This document shows, piece by piece, positions 51,669 through 61,393 of a DNA stretch of 64,000 nucleotides. Both the position numbers and the translations under genes were made by a program. Source of the stretch: Candidatus Omnitrophota bacterium (lineage in GTDB: Bacteria > Omnitrophota > Gorgyraeia > Gorgyraeales > Gorgyraeaceae); assembly GCA_043821705.1 (NCBI GenBank), contig JBDRCN010000045.1:22400-86399 (forward strand), written 5' to 3'. A model generated the notes under the pieces. The model worked only from the letters and a program-made list of their open reading frames with translations. It searched no databases and had not been told where the DNA came from. Each line of letters opens with the position of its first letter. Positions within the stretch are counted from its first letter, which is position 1.

Positions 51669-52784
51669 TCAACCAAATTTTAATACATACTCCCTGAACA
51701 TCCTGTCTACGATGCTAAAACTTCCATCAGGGCCCCTTCTTATAAGGCCTTTTTCATTCAAACGATATAGGAAATTCTTTATATTAGCTATAGGGAATTT
51801 CTTTGCATGTTTACCTACTATCATCATATTCCTAAAATCTTTTATGGAAAGCCTTCCTCCTTCTTCAGCAAGTATCTTTAAAAGATATCTTTCCCTGTCA
51901 CTAGCCCTGGCCAAGAGATTACTGAAATAATCTCTGCCCAATTCCCTTAGGGTATTATTAAGCGCAGCATCCCACGTAGCCTCTCCTACGATCCCCTCTA
52001 TCTGGCTATCATAAAGATGGCTTGAAAGAAGCTGTACTTCGTATGGATGGCCATAGGTATAATCATATATCTTCATCTTTATAAAATCATCGAACTGAAC
52101 GCCTGTATCACTAAGCGTGGTATTCACTGTATTTAATACATCGTCCTTTTTTAAAAACTCTACAGTGAGCCTTTTTCTAAAAAACCTGCCTACTGGATCA
52201 TGTTTGTCTATAAATGATGACCAGCCTCCTGGGGTAGACGAAAGGATGAACATAAAATGTGAATTCTCTAAGACATCGTCCCTGCTGAGCACTGCCCTTA
52301 ATATATCTATGGTATTAGAGATGGTCATTAGATTCTGCAGGTCATCCAAAAGTACAACTACTAACTTAGTATCAAGCTTTTTCCATGCCTCGATCAAGAA
52401 TTTGGCAAATTGAGTCTGGGCCTGCGACAGAGAAGACCTCTTGGAAAATGAACTTAGAAGTGCCTCTGAGTCAGGTTTGAGCTGAGGAAAGCTCAGGATC
52501 ATCTCTTCTGCTATCAAATAAAGCGCATCTAATGGCTTATCCTTTTTTGTAAAATTTGAAATCGCACAAAAACACGTTGGATTGCCATTCTCCTGCACCA
52601 TCCTCCTGAACTGTTTTAAAAGAGATGTCTTGCCTATCCCCCACTCTCCTAAAACTACAAGGTGAGTTGGCCTGATAAAACTCTCCTCCAGGTTTGACCT
52701 AAACATAGAGAGCTCTTCTTCTCTTCCGCCAAAGAACTTTGGCTCCCGGCCTGACTGTGGTGTAAAAGGATTAGGTTTTATCAT
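51669..52784 (-). CDS. AAA/STAND-like ATPase with C-terminal winged helix
   Basis: NPFTP...FGGREEE, GEWGIGKTS, LLDDLQ, GHPYEVQ. Confidence 0.85.
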   Translation of the reverse strand: MIKPNPFTPQSGREPKFFGGREEELSMFRSNLEESFIRPTHLVVLGEWGIGKTSLLKQFRRMVQENGNPTCFCAISNFTKKDKPLDALYLIAEEMILSFPQLKPDSEALLSSFSKRSSLSQAQTQFAKFLIEAWKKLDTKLVVVLLDDLQNLMTISNTIDILRAVLSRDDVLENSHFMFILSSTPGGWSSFIDKHDPVGRFFRKRLTVEFLKKDDVLNTVNTTLSDTGVQFDDFIKMKIYDYTYGHPYEVQLLSSHLYDSQIEGIVGEATWDAALNNTLRELGRDYFSNLLARASDRERYLLKILAEEGGRLSIKDFRNMMIVGKHAKKFPIANIKNFLYRLNEKGLIRRGPDGSFSIVDRMFREYVLKFG

Positions 52785-52785
52785 A

Positions 52786-53142
52786 TTATTTACCAAGCAT
52801 CATGTAGATAGATATCATAAAAAGCAATACTCCAAAACATCTTTTAAGGATCAGGCTTGGCATCATATGAGCAAATACTGCTCCTATATAGCCTCCTAAA
52901 AAGAAACCCAGGCTGATAAAGAACGCTACCTTTAGATTCAGGTTGCCTGACTGATAGTACCTGATCGCTGCAAAGATCCCTATTGGCAGTATCAGCGCTC
53001 CCAGCGCTGTACCTTGCGCATAATGCTGGGAAAACTTGAATAAGTATATCAGACAAGGCACTACTACCACAGCTCCTCCAATGCCGAAGAACCCGCTCGC
53101 TACCCCTGCTAATACACCTATTAATATACTCACTATCATCAT
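52786..53142 (-). CDS. TauE/SafE (TSUP) family membrane protein
   Basis: GFFGIGGAVVVVP, QHYAQGTAL. Confidence 0.88.
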   Translation of the reverse strand: MMIVSILIGVLAGVASGFFGIGGAVVVVPCLIYLFKFSQHYAQGTALGALILPIGIFAAIRYYQSGNLNLKVAFFISLGFFLGGYIGAVFAHMMPSLILKRCFGVLLFMISIYMMLGK

Positions 53143-53182
53143 ATTAGTTTACATAAGAAATCTTGTATGTTAGATTATAGCT

Positions 53183-54643
53183 ATGATTATAAAAAGAGAT
53201 CCTGACATAATCAAGTGTTATTTTGAAGATGAGTCCGGGCTGTTAGGGGGTAATGCCAGCGAGGTCATATCTCCAGAGGAAGAAAAAGAAGTAGTTGAGG
53301 TATTAAAAGACCTTGGTTCTAAGAAAACTCCTTCTACTATTTCTGGAGGAGGCACAGGCGTGACTGGCGCAAGAGTACCATTCGGCGGCACGATCCTAGC
53401 AACAGATTCCCTCAATAAGATCCTGGATATCAATAAAAAAGACCTGACTTTAACAGCACAGCCTGGTGCAAGAATATCTGAGATACAAGAAGAAGTCTCA
53501 AAACTTGGGCTTATTTATCCACCTGACCCTACTGAAAAAAGTGCTTTTTTAGGCGGGACTGTCTCGACCAATGCCTCTGGCGCAAGAGGATTTAAACACG
53601 GCTCCACCAGAGATTATATTAAAAGATTAAAGATAGTATTATCGAATGGCGAGATATTAGATATAAAACGCGGGAAATATATCACAAAAAACAGAGACCC
53701 TTTTATCTTGAAACTAAGGGATAAAGAAATAAAGATCCCTATACCTAGGTACAAGATGCCTGATGTAAAAAATGCAAGCGGCTATTATATCGAAAATAAC
53801 ATGGACCTCATAGATATATTTATAGGTTCTGAAGGCACTCTTGGATTTATAACAGAGGTGGCTATAGCGCTCAAGAAAGGGCCTGAGGAAATAATGAGTT
53901 TCTTCAGCTTTTTTTCAAAGGAAAAAGATGCGCTCAGCTTTATAGAAGACGCTAAAAAGTATAATGCTCTTACATTCGAATATATGGATAAGAATTCTCT
54001 AGAACTCCTGCGCGGAAAATTCCCTACTATACCAGAAAATGCTGCGAGCATGGTCTATTTCGAAGAGGATTATGAAAAAAAAGACGAGGAGCGACTAAGT
54101 GAGCAATGGATAAGATTATTAGAAGAACATAATAGCCTAAGTGAAAAGACATTATTTGCTGATACAGAAAAAGAACGGAATAAGTTAAGGGAAATACGCC
54201 ATGCTCTTCCTGAGACAATAAACGAGATCGTAAAAAAGAATAAACTGCCCAAGGTCGGGACAGATATTGCAGTGCCTGGGAATAGGTTCAGCGAGATGTA
54301 TTCATTTTACAAAGAAAGGCTTTCTTCTTCAAAGATAGACCATTTGATATTTGGGCACATTGGTGAAAGCCACATGCATGTGAACATGCTTCCAAAAAAT
54401 GAAGAAGAATATATAAAAAGCCGCTCTGTCTATATGGATTTTGTGAAAAAAGCTGTGTCTTTAGGCGGGACAGTCTCTGCAGAACATGGTATCGGTAAAC
54501 TAAAACATGCGTTTTTAGAAGCGATGTATGGAAAAGATGCTATCATGGAGATGGTAAGACTTAAAAAGTCCCTAGATCCAGCATGCATCCTAGGGCTGGA
54601 CAATATATTCTCCAAGGAGCTACTGATTAAAAATCGTGCATAA
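53183..54643 (+). CDS. FAD-binding oxidoreductase (GlcD/D-lactate dehydrogenase-like)
   Basis: SGGGTGVTG, YPPDPT, GSEGTLG, GHIGESHMH, SAEHGIGK. Confidence 0.92.
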   Translation: MIIKRDPDIIKCYFEDESGLLGGNASEVISPEEEKEVVEVLKDLGSKKTPSTISGGGTGVTGARVPFGGTILATDSLNKILDINKKDLTLTAQPGARISEIQEEVSKLGLIYPPDPTEKSAFLGGTVSTNASGARGFKHGSTRDYIKRLKIVLSNGEILDIKRGKYITKNRDPFILKLRDKEIKIPIPRYKMPDVKNASGYYIENNMDLIDIFIGSEGTLGFITEVAIALKKGPEEIMSFFSFFSKEKDALSFIEDAKKYNALTFEYMDKNSLELLRGKFPTIPENAASMVYFEEDYEKKDEERLSEQWIRLLEEHNSLSEKTLFADTEKERNKLREIRHALPETINEIVKKNKLPKVGTDIAVPGNRFSEMYSFYKERLSSSKIDHLIFGHIGESHMHVNMLPKNEEEYIKSRSVYMDFVKKAVSLGGTVSAEHGIGKLKHAFLEAMYGKDAIMEMVRLKKSLDPACILGLDNIFSKELLIKNRA

Positions 54644-55325
54644 TACCGATCGCTAGTTCTTCTCCATCAATAAGGGTGGCTTCTATATTTATGCGTGTTG
54701 TATCATTTATCTGATAATCCATCCCAGTGACTAATCCGTAATATTTTTCAGAATGTATTCTCTTTCTGTCCTTCTCATCCTCCCATTTGATGAAGTCAAG
54801 CGAACCGAATCTACCCCCCATATATGGCACGAACCTACCTATATCCTTGGAGATAAGAAAAGTACCGTTCCATTCATCTATTATTGCTTCGTGCTTAATG
54901 CTGTCTTGGTCCTTGGGATCCGGATGTACGCTTATATGCTGAAATCCTAAGATACTTTTTATTCCCCATTCTTCTATTGCAAGGCCTTTTATCCTAAATC
55001 CATACGCTCCTGCAAAATTAGTGTCATAGCTTATATCATTATTACTGTCTGTCCTATTCCACTCTACATCCCCCACGCCTGCCTTCCCATCAAGAGAAAG
55101 CCAAGGAAATACTGCATAGCTAAGAGCAAAGAAATACCTATTGCCTTCTGTACCTCCAGTATCATTATCCAAGTTCCTGTCTACCAGGATGTTCGCTTCT
55201 AAGCCGCATGTCCATTTCTCATCTTCTGGTATGTGAGTTCCATAAGAAGAAGTAGCATAGCTAGGCTTACAAAAAGAAATGAGTATTATTAAGATAGCAA
55301 ATGCATATGTAGTCCTTTTTAACAT
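54627..55325 (-). CDS. Exported, probable outer-membrane beta-barrel protein
   Basis: Signal peptide, alternating strands, C-terminal Phe (IGIMHDF). Confidence 0.7.
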   Translation of the reverse strand: MLKRTTYAFAILIILISFCKPSYATSSYGTHIPEDEKWTCGLEANILVDRNLDNDTGGTEGNRYFFALSYAVFPWLSLDGKAGVGDVEWNRTDSNNDISYDTNFAGAYGFRIKGLAIEEWGIKSILGFQHISVHPDPKDQDSIKHEAIIDEWNGTFLISKDIGRFVPYMGGRFGSLDFIKWEDEKDRKRIHSEKYYGLVTGMDYQINDTTRINIEATLIDGEELAIGIMHDF

Positions 55326-55350
55326 GTTCTCCCCCGTTACCCGTAATCCG

Positions 55351-56160
55351 TTACCCGTTATCCGATATTAAACTCTCTGCTAATCGTTCAAGGTCTCCCC
55401 AAAGGCTTTTACTTTTTAAGATCACGACTATTACTTTTTTCCATCTATTATACTCTATAAAACCAGCAAAACAATGTCCTGCTTTCTTAGTCCATCCAGT
55501 CTTACCTAATATCACATAAGGCTTATCCTTCCACAAACTCTTATTATGATTCCTTAATTTTATTGTTCTGCCACTAACAACCTCCTTGATCTCGCCTTCT
55601 TTCATCTTCATGATATCCACCAATGTCTTATTCTTCATTGCCTCTCTTACGATTAAACCTAAGTCATATGTAGTAGCAGATTGGCCTTCTTTAGGAAGTC
55701 CGTTAGGATTTTTAAAAACAGTGTCACGAGCACCTATTTTTTCAGCTAAGATATTCATCATGCTGATAAATCGCTCTTCACTGCCTCCTATGCCTTCAGC
55801 CACAACAACAGAAGCATCGTTCCCAGAATTTAATAACATTGCCTTTATCAGGTCTTCTGCAAGATACTTTTCTCCCTCCTTAACATATATCTTTGAAGGC
55901 TCCATCAAGGTAGCAAGTTTACTTACAGTCATCTCTTCTTTTAAAGACATATTTTTTACTACCACTAGGGAGGTCATGATCTTTACAGTACTTGCGGGAA
56001 GGAGTTTTTTATGGGGTTCCTTTGAATAGATCACCCTTTTGGTCCACGGGCTCATTAAGACTGCTGATTCTGCGCTTATATCTACATCTATGTTTTCTTT
56101 AGAACAACCAAAGATGCTAAAAAAAACAATAAGGCTAAAGAATATAAAAAGTTTTTTCAT
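55351..56160 (-). CDS. D-alanyl-D-alanine carboxypeptidase (peptidase S11), lipoprotein
   Basis: ASTVK (SxxK), SGN, GKTG; IFGC lipobox. Confidence 0.92.
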   Translation of the reverse strand: MKKLFIFFSLIVFFSIFGCSKENIDVDISAESAVLMSPWTKRVIYSKEPHKKLLPASTVKIMTSLVVVKNMSLKEEMTVSKLATLMEPSKIYVKEGEKYLAEDLIKAMLLNSGNDASVVVAEGIGGSEERFISMMNILAEKIGARDTVFKNPNGLPKEGQSATTYDLGLIVREAMKNKTLVDIMKMKEGEIKEVVSGRTIKLRNHNKSLWKDKPYVILGKTGWTKKAGHCFAGFIEYNRWKKVIVVILKSKSLWGDLERLAESLISDNG

Positions 56161-56439
56161 CTATTCTTTGTTTGCTTCTAGCTTATCTCCCGCTACCTCC
56201 TCCAGGGCCCTTCTTGCGCGCTGAAGTTCGACAACAAGTTTACTGGTAATCGCAAGATGCCTGACAGAGAGAAGTGCAAATGCCATATTTGAAAGTGCTA
56301 AGAAAAATAAAAATATATCTACTTCTGTCTGTAAGAAAAAATATACCAAATAAAAGATCCCCATTAAGATAAAGTAACTATTGATCCTGGCTACTATGGT
56401 GATAAACTCCTCTTCCTTTGTCCTCTTCTTATTTCCCAT
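56161..56439 (-). CDS. Small two-TM hypothetical protein
   Basis: ORF packed between nadE and the S11 peptidase; AGGAGG RBS; two hydrophobic segments. Confidence 0.7.
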   Translation of the reverse strand: MGNKKRTKEEEFITIVARINSYFILMGIFYLVYFFLQTEVDIFLFFLALSNMAFALLSVRHLAITSKLVVELQRARRALEEVAGDKLEANKE

Positions 56440-58087
56440 ACTCTACCTCCTTATAGCTATTAGTTATTGGCATGCGCCTATCCTTGCCAAAGGCCATCGA
56501 AGTGATCTTGATGCCAGGGGGAGCTTGCCGTCTTTTATATTCAAAATTATCTATCATATGCAGCACTTTTTCTATCATTTTTCTTTTCCCTATCTTTCTA
56601 ACTATATATTTATAATCTTTGTTCTCTTTAATATAAAGCTCTATGATCTCATCCAGTATATCATAGGGAGGCAGTGTATCTTGATCTTTTTGGCCATGCC
56701 TTAATTCAGCAGAAGGCGGCCTGTCAAGTATGCTCGTTGGTATAATATCCATTTTTTCAAGCTTGTTTATATATCTAGCTAACTTATATACTAGGTTCTT
56801 TGAGACATCCTTTATTACTGCAAACCCTCCTGCCATATCCCCGTATAAAGTACAGTACCCGACACTTGTCTCGCTCTTATTGCCTGTGTTTAATACCAGA
56901 TGGCCAAACTTATTAGAAAATGCCATTAATATATTACCTCTTATGCGTGCTTGGATATTTTCTTCTGCAATACTGGGTTCAGTATGCCCAAAATGCTTGG
57001 ACAGTGTCTTTAAGTATGAAGAAAAGATGCTATTGATCGGTATGACTTCATGATCTATCCCGAGTGTCTTTGCTAATCTCAAAGCATCGTTCTGAGTACC
57101 TTTGGACGAATACTTGGAAGGCATCATTAGGCCTAATACATTTTTATTGCCGAGAGCCTCTTTAGCAATGCATGCTACTAATGCTGAATCGATCCCACCG
57201 CTAAGGCCCAGGGCAACCTTGCTAAAATTATTTTTTCTCGCATAATCCTTCACGCCCAGGACAAGTGCTTTAAAGATCTCTTCGGTCTCATCGAGATAGC
57301 GATGCTTTCTTACAGGTAAGGCCTTTTGTTGCTTTGCCTTTCTTTTTTTAGCTCCCATTGATATATCAACTAATAGTAGATCTTCTTTAAATGCATCTGC
57401 TTCTATCTTCTTTTTCCCAGTCTTATCAAATAATGCGCTTCTACCGTCAAATATCAATTCATCCTGTCCTCCTATAAGATTACAGTATAGGATCGGGACA
57501 TTACACCTCTTTGCCTTACTAGTTAATACCCTCTCTCTGTCCTTTACTTTATCCATGTGGTAAGGAGACGCAGATAGATTTACCAGGAAATCAGTCCTGG
57601 ATAAAATATCTCTTTCTTTGGATGTTTCTTCTGCCCAGATATCTTCACAGATACTGACAGCAAAAGAAACTCCTTTTATTTTTATTATTTTGCGGCTTTT
57701 GCCTTTTGTGAAATACCTTCTTTCGTCGAACACTCCATAATTAGGCAGGTGTATCTTATTATATATACCTATTACCCTCTGATCGGACACTATAGCTGCA
57801 CTATTATATATCGAGGCCCCTTCTCTATTCACAAAACCCAAAACTACTGTAATGCCCTTTACTTTATTAGTGATCTTGTTCAGGTATTTAATGTTATCTT
57901 TTACAAAATGAACTTTCAATAAAAGGTCTTCTGGCGGATAGCCAGTTATGGATAATTCCGGGAAGATCACAAGGTCAGCATCACTACATATTGCATCAGA
58001 TATAGAGGATAATATCTTTTCAGTATTACCTTTCATATCTCCAACAGTTGTATTTATCTGGGCTAGGGCTATTCTTATCTTATTCAT
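56429..58087 (-). CDS. nadE: Glutamine-dependent NAD+ synthetase
   Basis: Nitrilase domain (FPELSITGYPPED, ICEDIW) plus GLSGGIDS, ENIQARIRG, TGNKSE. Start placed at MNKIRIAL. Confidence 0.95.
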   Translation of the reverse strand: MNKIRIALAQINTTVGDMKGNTEKILSSISDAICSDADLVIFPELSITGYPPEDLLLKVHFVKDNIKYLNKITNKVKGITVVLGFVNREGASIYNSAAIVSDQRVIGIYNKIHLPNYGVFDERRYFTKGKSRKIIKIKGVSFAVSICEDIWAEETSKERDILSRTDFLVNLSASPYHMDKVKDRERVLTSKAKRCNVPILYCNLIGGQDELIFDGRSALFDKTGKKKIEADAFKEDLLLVDISMGAKKRKAKQQKALPVRKHRYLDETEEIFKALVLGVKDYARKNNFSKVALGLSGGIDSALVACIAKEALGNKNVLGLMMPSKYSSKGTQNDALRLAKTLGIDHEVIPINSIFSSYLKTLSKHFGHTEPSIAEENIQARIRGNILMAFSNKFGHLVLNTGNKSETSVGYCTLYGDMAGGFAVIKDVSKNLVYKLARYINKLEKMDIIPTSILDRPPSAELRHGQKDQDTLPPYDILDEIIELYIKENKDYKYIVRKIGKRKMIEKVLHMIDNFEYKRRQAPPGIKITSMAFGKDRRMPITNSYKEVEYGK

Positions 58088-58167
58088 ATAAATTGAATTA
58101 GTGGGTGTTTTAATATATAATATATGTGTTATTGAGATTCTATCATAAATCCAAATAATAAGCAAAT

Positions 58168-58656
58168 ATGTATAAAATAACTCTTTTTACTTTAATCTTA
58201 ATATTATCTCTCCTATCTTTAGAAGCTTATTCCTTAGAAATAGAAGAAAAAGATACTAATGGGGATGGCGCGATTGATCAGTGGGTATACTTTGAGAATA
58301 AGAGGCCGATCAAGATAGAGAGCGATAGGAACCATGATAAAAAACTAGACCTTTGGATAACCTATAAAGAAAAAGGTGAAAAGATACTAGAAAGTGACTT
58401 GAATTTCGACGGTACAGTAGACATGAGGTCATATTATACGTACGGAGAGCGCAAGAAACTTGAAATAGACAGTGATTACGACGGTAAGTTAAACCAAAGA
58501 AGCGAGTATAGGGACGGGAAATTGATAAAATTAGAAAGAGATACTGATTCTGACGGCACACTCGAGGTACTAATAGACAGGTCAAATCTCCAGACTAATA
58601 TACAAAAAAGGGTTATTGAAAATATCGATTTAAACAAAGAATCATCACCTAAGTAG
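58168..58656 (+). CDS. Exported protein with Dx[DN]xDG repeats
   Basis: Signal peptide; DTNGDG, DLNFDG, DSDYDG, DTDSDG. Confidence 0.75.
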   Translation: MYKITLFTLILILSLLSLEAYSLEIEEKDTNGDGAIDQWVYFENKRPIKIESDRNHDKKLDLWITYKEKGEKILESDLNFDGTVDMRSYYTYGERKKLEIDSDYDGKLNQRSEYRDGKLIKLERDTDSDGTLEVLIDRSNLQTNIQKRVIENIDLNKESSPK

Positions 58657-59064
58657 GAATACCCCTAGGATAACCAGTACTACTCCTAATCCTTTTGAAA
58701 GCGTAAATGTCTCTCCTAAGAATATAAGCCCTAATAAAAACGAGACCAAAGGATAAGTCCCAGATATAGGAACAACTTTAGATGCCTCCCCAGCCTTAAG
58801 TGCATTGTAAAAAAATATCTGGCCGACTATGCTTGCCAGAAAACCTCCTATCATTATAAATAAGATCGTCCTTAGATCTGCTTTCAAAGCTGCCTTAAAA
58901 GCCTGGGTATTGAATACCCCCAGAATAATCACCCCTAGAAGAACACCAGACACTCTTATAAAAATACCTGGCAAAGGATCTATCTTCGCAAGGCCGATCT
59001 TTTCTAAGATAGGTACACATCCCCATATAAGTGCAGTAAGCACGGCAAAATAAAAAGCTGTCAT
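58645..59064 (-). CDS. EamA/DMT family transporter
   Basis: ALKAGEASKVVPI, IFLGE; multiple TM helices. Confidence 0.9.
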   Translation of the reverse strand: MTAFYFAVLTALIWGCVPILEKIGLAKIDPLPGIFIRVSGVLLGVIILGVFNTQAFKAALKADLRTILFIMIGGFLASIVGQIFFYNALKAGEASKVVPISGTYPLVSFLLGLIFLGETFTLSKGLGVVLVILGVFLLR

Positions 59065-59207
59065 CTCCCCCTCCTAAGTTTTCACTTAACGTCAATAGAA
59101 TAAGAATAGCATATTTTATATATAAATGGAATAGCACTTAAAGCTTTAGAGACGTCTACCAACCTAATCGGGACAGTGGGTACTTGATTGACAACCTAGG
59201 GTAAGCT

Positions 59208-61391
59208 TTATTGATTTTTTATAGGTAGCTTTATAGTAAATGTAGTGCCTTTTCCATATTCGGAGCTGCAGGTAATAGTGCCTTTATGCATTTCTATGAA
59301 GTCTCTTATGACATATAGGCCTAGGCCAGAGCCTTTATTAGCAGTAGCCTTAGTAGTAAAGTAGGGGGTAAAGAGCTTTCTCATGTTTTCTTTTTTTAGG
59401 CCTATTCCATTATCTTTTATAATGATCTCAAGGAAACTGTCTTTATTTTCCAGGGTTATTTCTAGGTTTCCCTGGTAATCTGAGATATGAGAAAAATCAG
59501 GGTTTTTGTCTTGAATGAGTTTTGCTATCTCATTCATTGCGTCAAATGCATTGTCTATGTGATTATAGAAACAGTCCTGTAAGAGTGCCTCGCTGCCAAA
59601 TATAAGGGGGATTTCATTTAAGAAGGTTAACTTAAAATTAGGGGTTTTAAAACCTGATATACCTGACTTACCTTTACTGATTAATACTAGTTTATGAGCA
59701 TTGCTTATTATGCTTTTTATATCTACTTTCTGGAACTCTACCTTAGCTTTAGCTCTCTTTAGTATGGCTGAAGTGATCTCTTTTCCCTTAAAGACTTCTT
59801 GGGTGATCATGTCCAGGCTTTTTTTGGTATTTTCTATTATCTTTTTTATGTTTTCATCTTTTACTGTATTTAGATCAATATCTTCTAGATTTATAAGTAA
59901 GAGCTCTGATGTAGTGGATATAGCTGCTAAACGGTTATTAAACTGATGACTTGCTCCTGGTGCCATGTCAGCGAGGGCTTCTCTTCTAGACTTCTCAGCT
60001 AAGACGCTACGTTCTTTCTGGTGAAATTGGGCGTTTTCTATGGCTAATGAAGCCTCGTTAGATAAAAGCATAAGTAGATTCAGATCTTCCTGTGAAAATG
60101 TAGTATTGCTTTTTCTGTCAGAAAGAACAAGAAAACCTAAAAGGTCATTTCTGATAAAAGACGGAATAATTGTATTTATCTTTAGGCCTGTTAGAACAGT
60201 TAAAAGATCTTTTGATTCGCTGGATTTATTAAGCCTCATTTCTTCTGTTACTAGAGGGATACGTTTTTTAGTGATTTTTTCTATTAAAATGGATTCATCT
60301 TTAAATTCAGCTGGTAAATCACACTTTTCATGTGGATACCAATAGCTCTTTAAGACATATTTATTATTCTGCTTATCTACTAAGTAAATCGCTGCAAATT
60401 TTAATCTAAATATCTTTACTAAGTAATGGACTATGAGTTTTAATAGATCTTCAAGCCTTGTAAACCTAAGCATATTATGAGAAAGGCTTCTAAGCTGGTT
60501 CTGGGCTTTGAATTCCTCTGCTCTTAGGCGTGCTTCGACTCTTTTCTGGAGTCTCATGTATATAAATGGCCCTGCACTAGCTAAGAGAGCCATTAAGATC
60601 AAAGGTATAAAATGAAAAGTCTTTGGGGTAATCAGTGATACATAAAAAGGAAGTCCTAGAACTAAAGCGTAGACTAAAGTAAATATAACCGCACGTGTAA
60701 AAACAATCTTAATGTCCATAACGCGGTATCTAACAATAGCGTAAGCCATAATAAAAAGATATAAAATTATTATTGAATCTGCAATTGGAATAAGTTTTAT
60801 TCCATAAATCAAAGCAAAATAAATAATAGCTGCAATTGAACCTATAAAAGTTGCTACAAAGAAGTATCTAAGTTGATGCCTTTTATATCCGCTTGTTGAT
60901 TTAAAGGCTGCGAATAACTTTATAAAACCAAAAGAAGCATATGCTGTCCAATATAGCATAAATGGTAAATAGCATATTCCTGGCTCTAAGAAATAATTTG
61001 CAAAATTGAATTTTTTAGATACCCCAATAAAAAATAATTTTGAAAACAATATAATTGTAAAGATAGATGATAAAAACAAAGATAATATAAATAAAGGTTT
61101 AGCTATATGATCTTTCCTTATCTTTTCATTAATTACAGAAAAGATTAATATGAGCCAAATAGGGGGCATAAATATAACTGGTATATGAAACAACCTTCCA
61201 TACCATAATGCTAGATAGGGGCTTTTTGAAGTGCTAACCATGAAAGAGCTAAAACACCAACTCGCAACACTTAAGCTCAATAAAGCAAAAAATAGATTTG
61301 TCTCGTTTTTCCTACTCTTTGAATAGACAAATCCTCCTATGCCAAAGCTTATTACTGCTGCTAAAAGTGTAGAAATCTTATACCAATTCAT
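59208..61391 (-). CDS. Membrane sensor histidine kinase (7TM-type N-terminus, GAF, HisKA, HATPase)
   Basis: About 9 TM helices, GAF (FSQEDLNLL...AIENA), SHQFNNRL H-box, DNGIG, FTPYFTTK, GSGLGL. Confidence 0.93.
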   Translation of the reverse strand: MNWYKISTLLAAVISFGIGGFVYSKSRKNETNLFFALLSLSVASWCFSSFMVSTSKSPYLALWYGRLFHIPVIFMPPIWLILIFSVINEKIRKDHIAKPLFILSLFLSSIFTIILFSKLFFIGVSKKFNFANYFLEPGICYLPFMLYWTAYASFGFIKLFAAFKSTSGYKRHQLRYFFVATFIGSIAAIIYFALIYGIKLIPIADSIIILYLFIMAYAIVRYRVMDIKIVFTRAVIFTLVYALVLGLPFYVSLITPKTFHFIPLILMALLASAGPFIYMRLQKRVEARLRAEEFKAQNQLRSLSHNMLRFTRLEDLLKLIVHYLVKIFRLKFAAIYLVDKQNNKYVLKSYWYPHEKCDLPAEFKDESILIEKITKKRIPLVTEEMRLNKSSESKDLLTVLTGLKINTIIPSFIRNDLLGFLVLSDRKSNTTFSQEDLNLLMLLSNEASLAIENAQFHQKERSVLAEKSRREALADMAPGASHQFNNRLAAISTTSELLLINLEDIDLNTVKDENIKKIIENTKKSLDMITQEVFKGKEITSAILKRAKAKVEFQKVDIKSIISNAHKLVLISKGKSGISGFKTPNFKLTFLNEIPLIFGSEALLQDCFYNHIDNAFDAMNEIAKLIQDKNPDFSHISDYQGNLEITLENKDSFLEIIIKDNGIGLKKENMRKLFTPYFTTKATANKGSGLGLYVIRDFIEMHKGTITCSSEYGKGTTFTIKLPIKNQ

Positions 61392-61393
61392 TT

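Noticed and set aside
51669-52784. ATPase-wHTH as an anti-phage (Avs/STAND) system
   Set aside because: No effector or sensor-repeat domain and no defence-island context.
59140-59205. Possible small element or terminator after the kinase gene
   Set aside because: Only short, weak repeats; no convincing stem or second copy.
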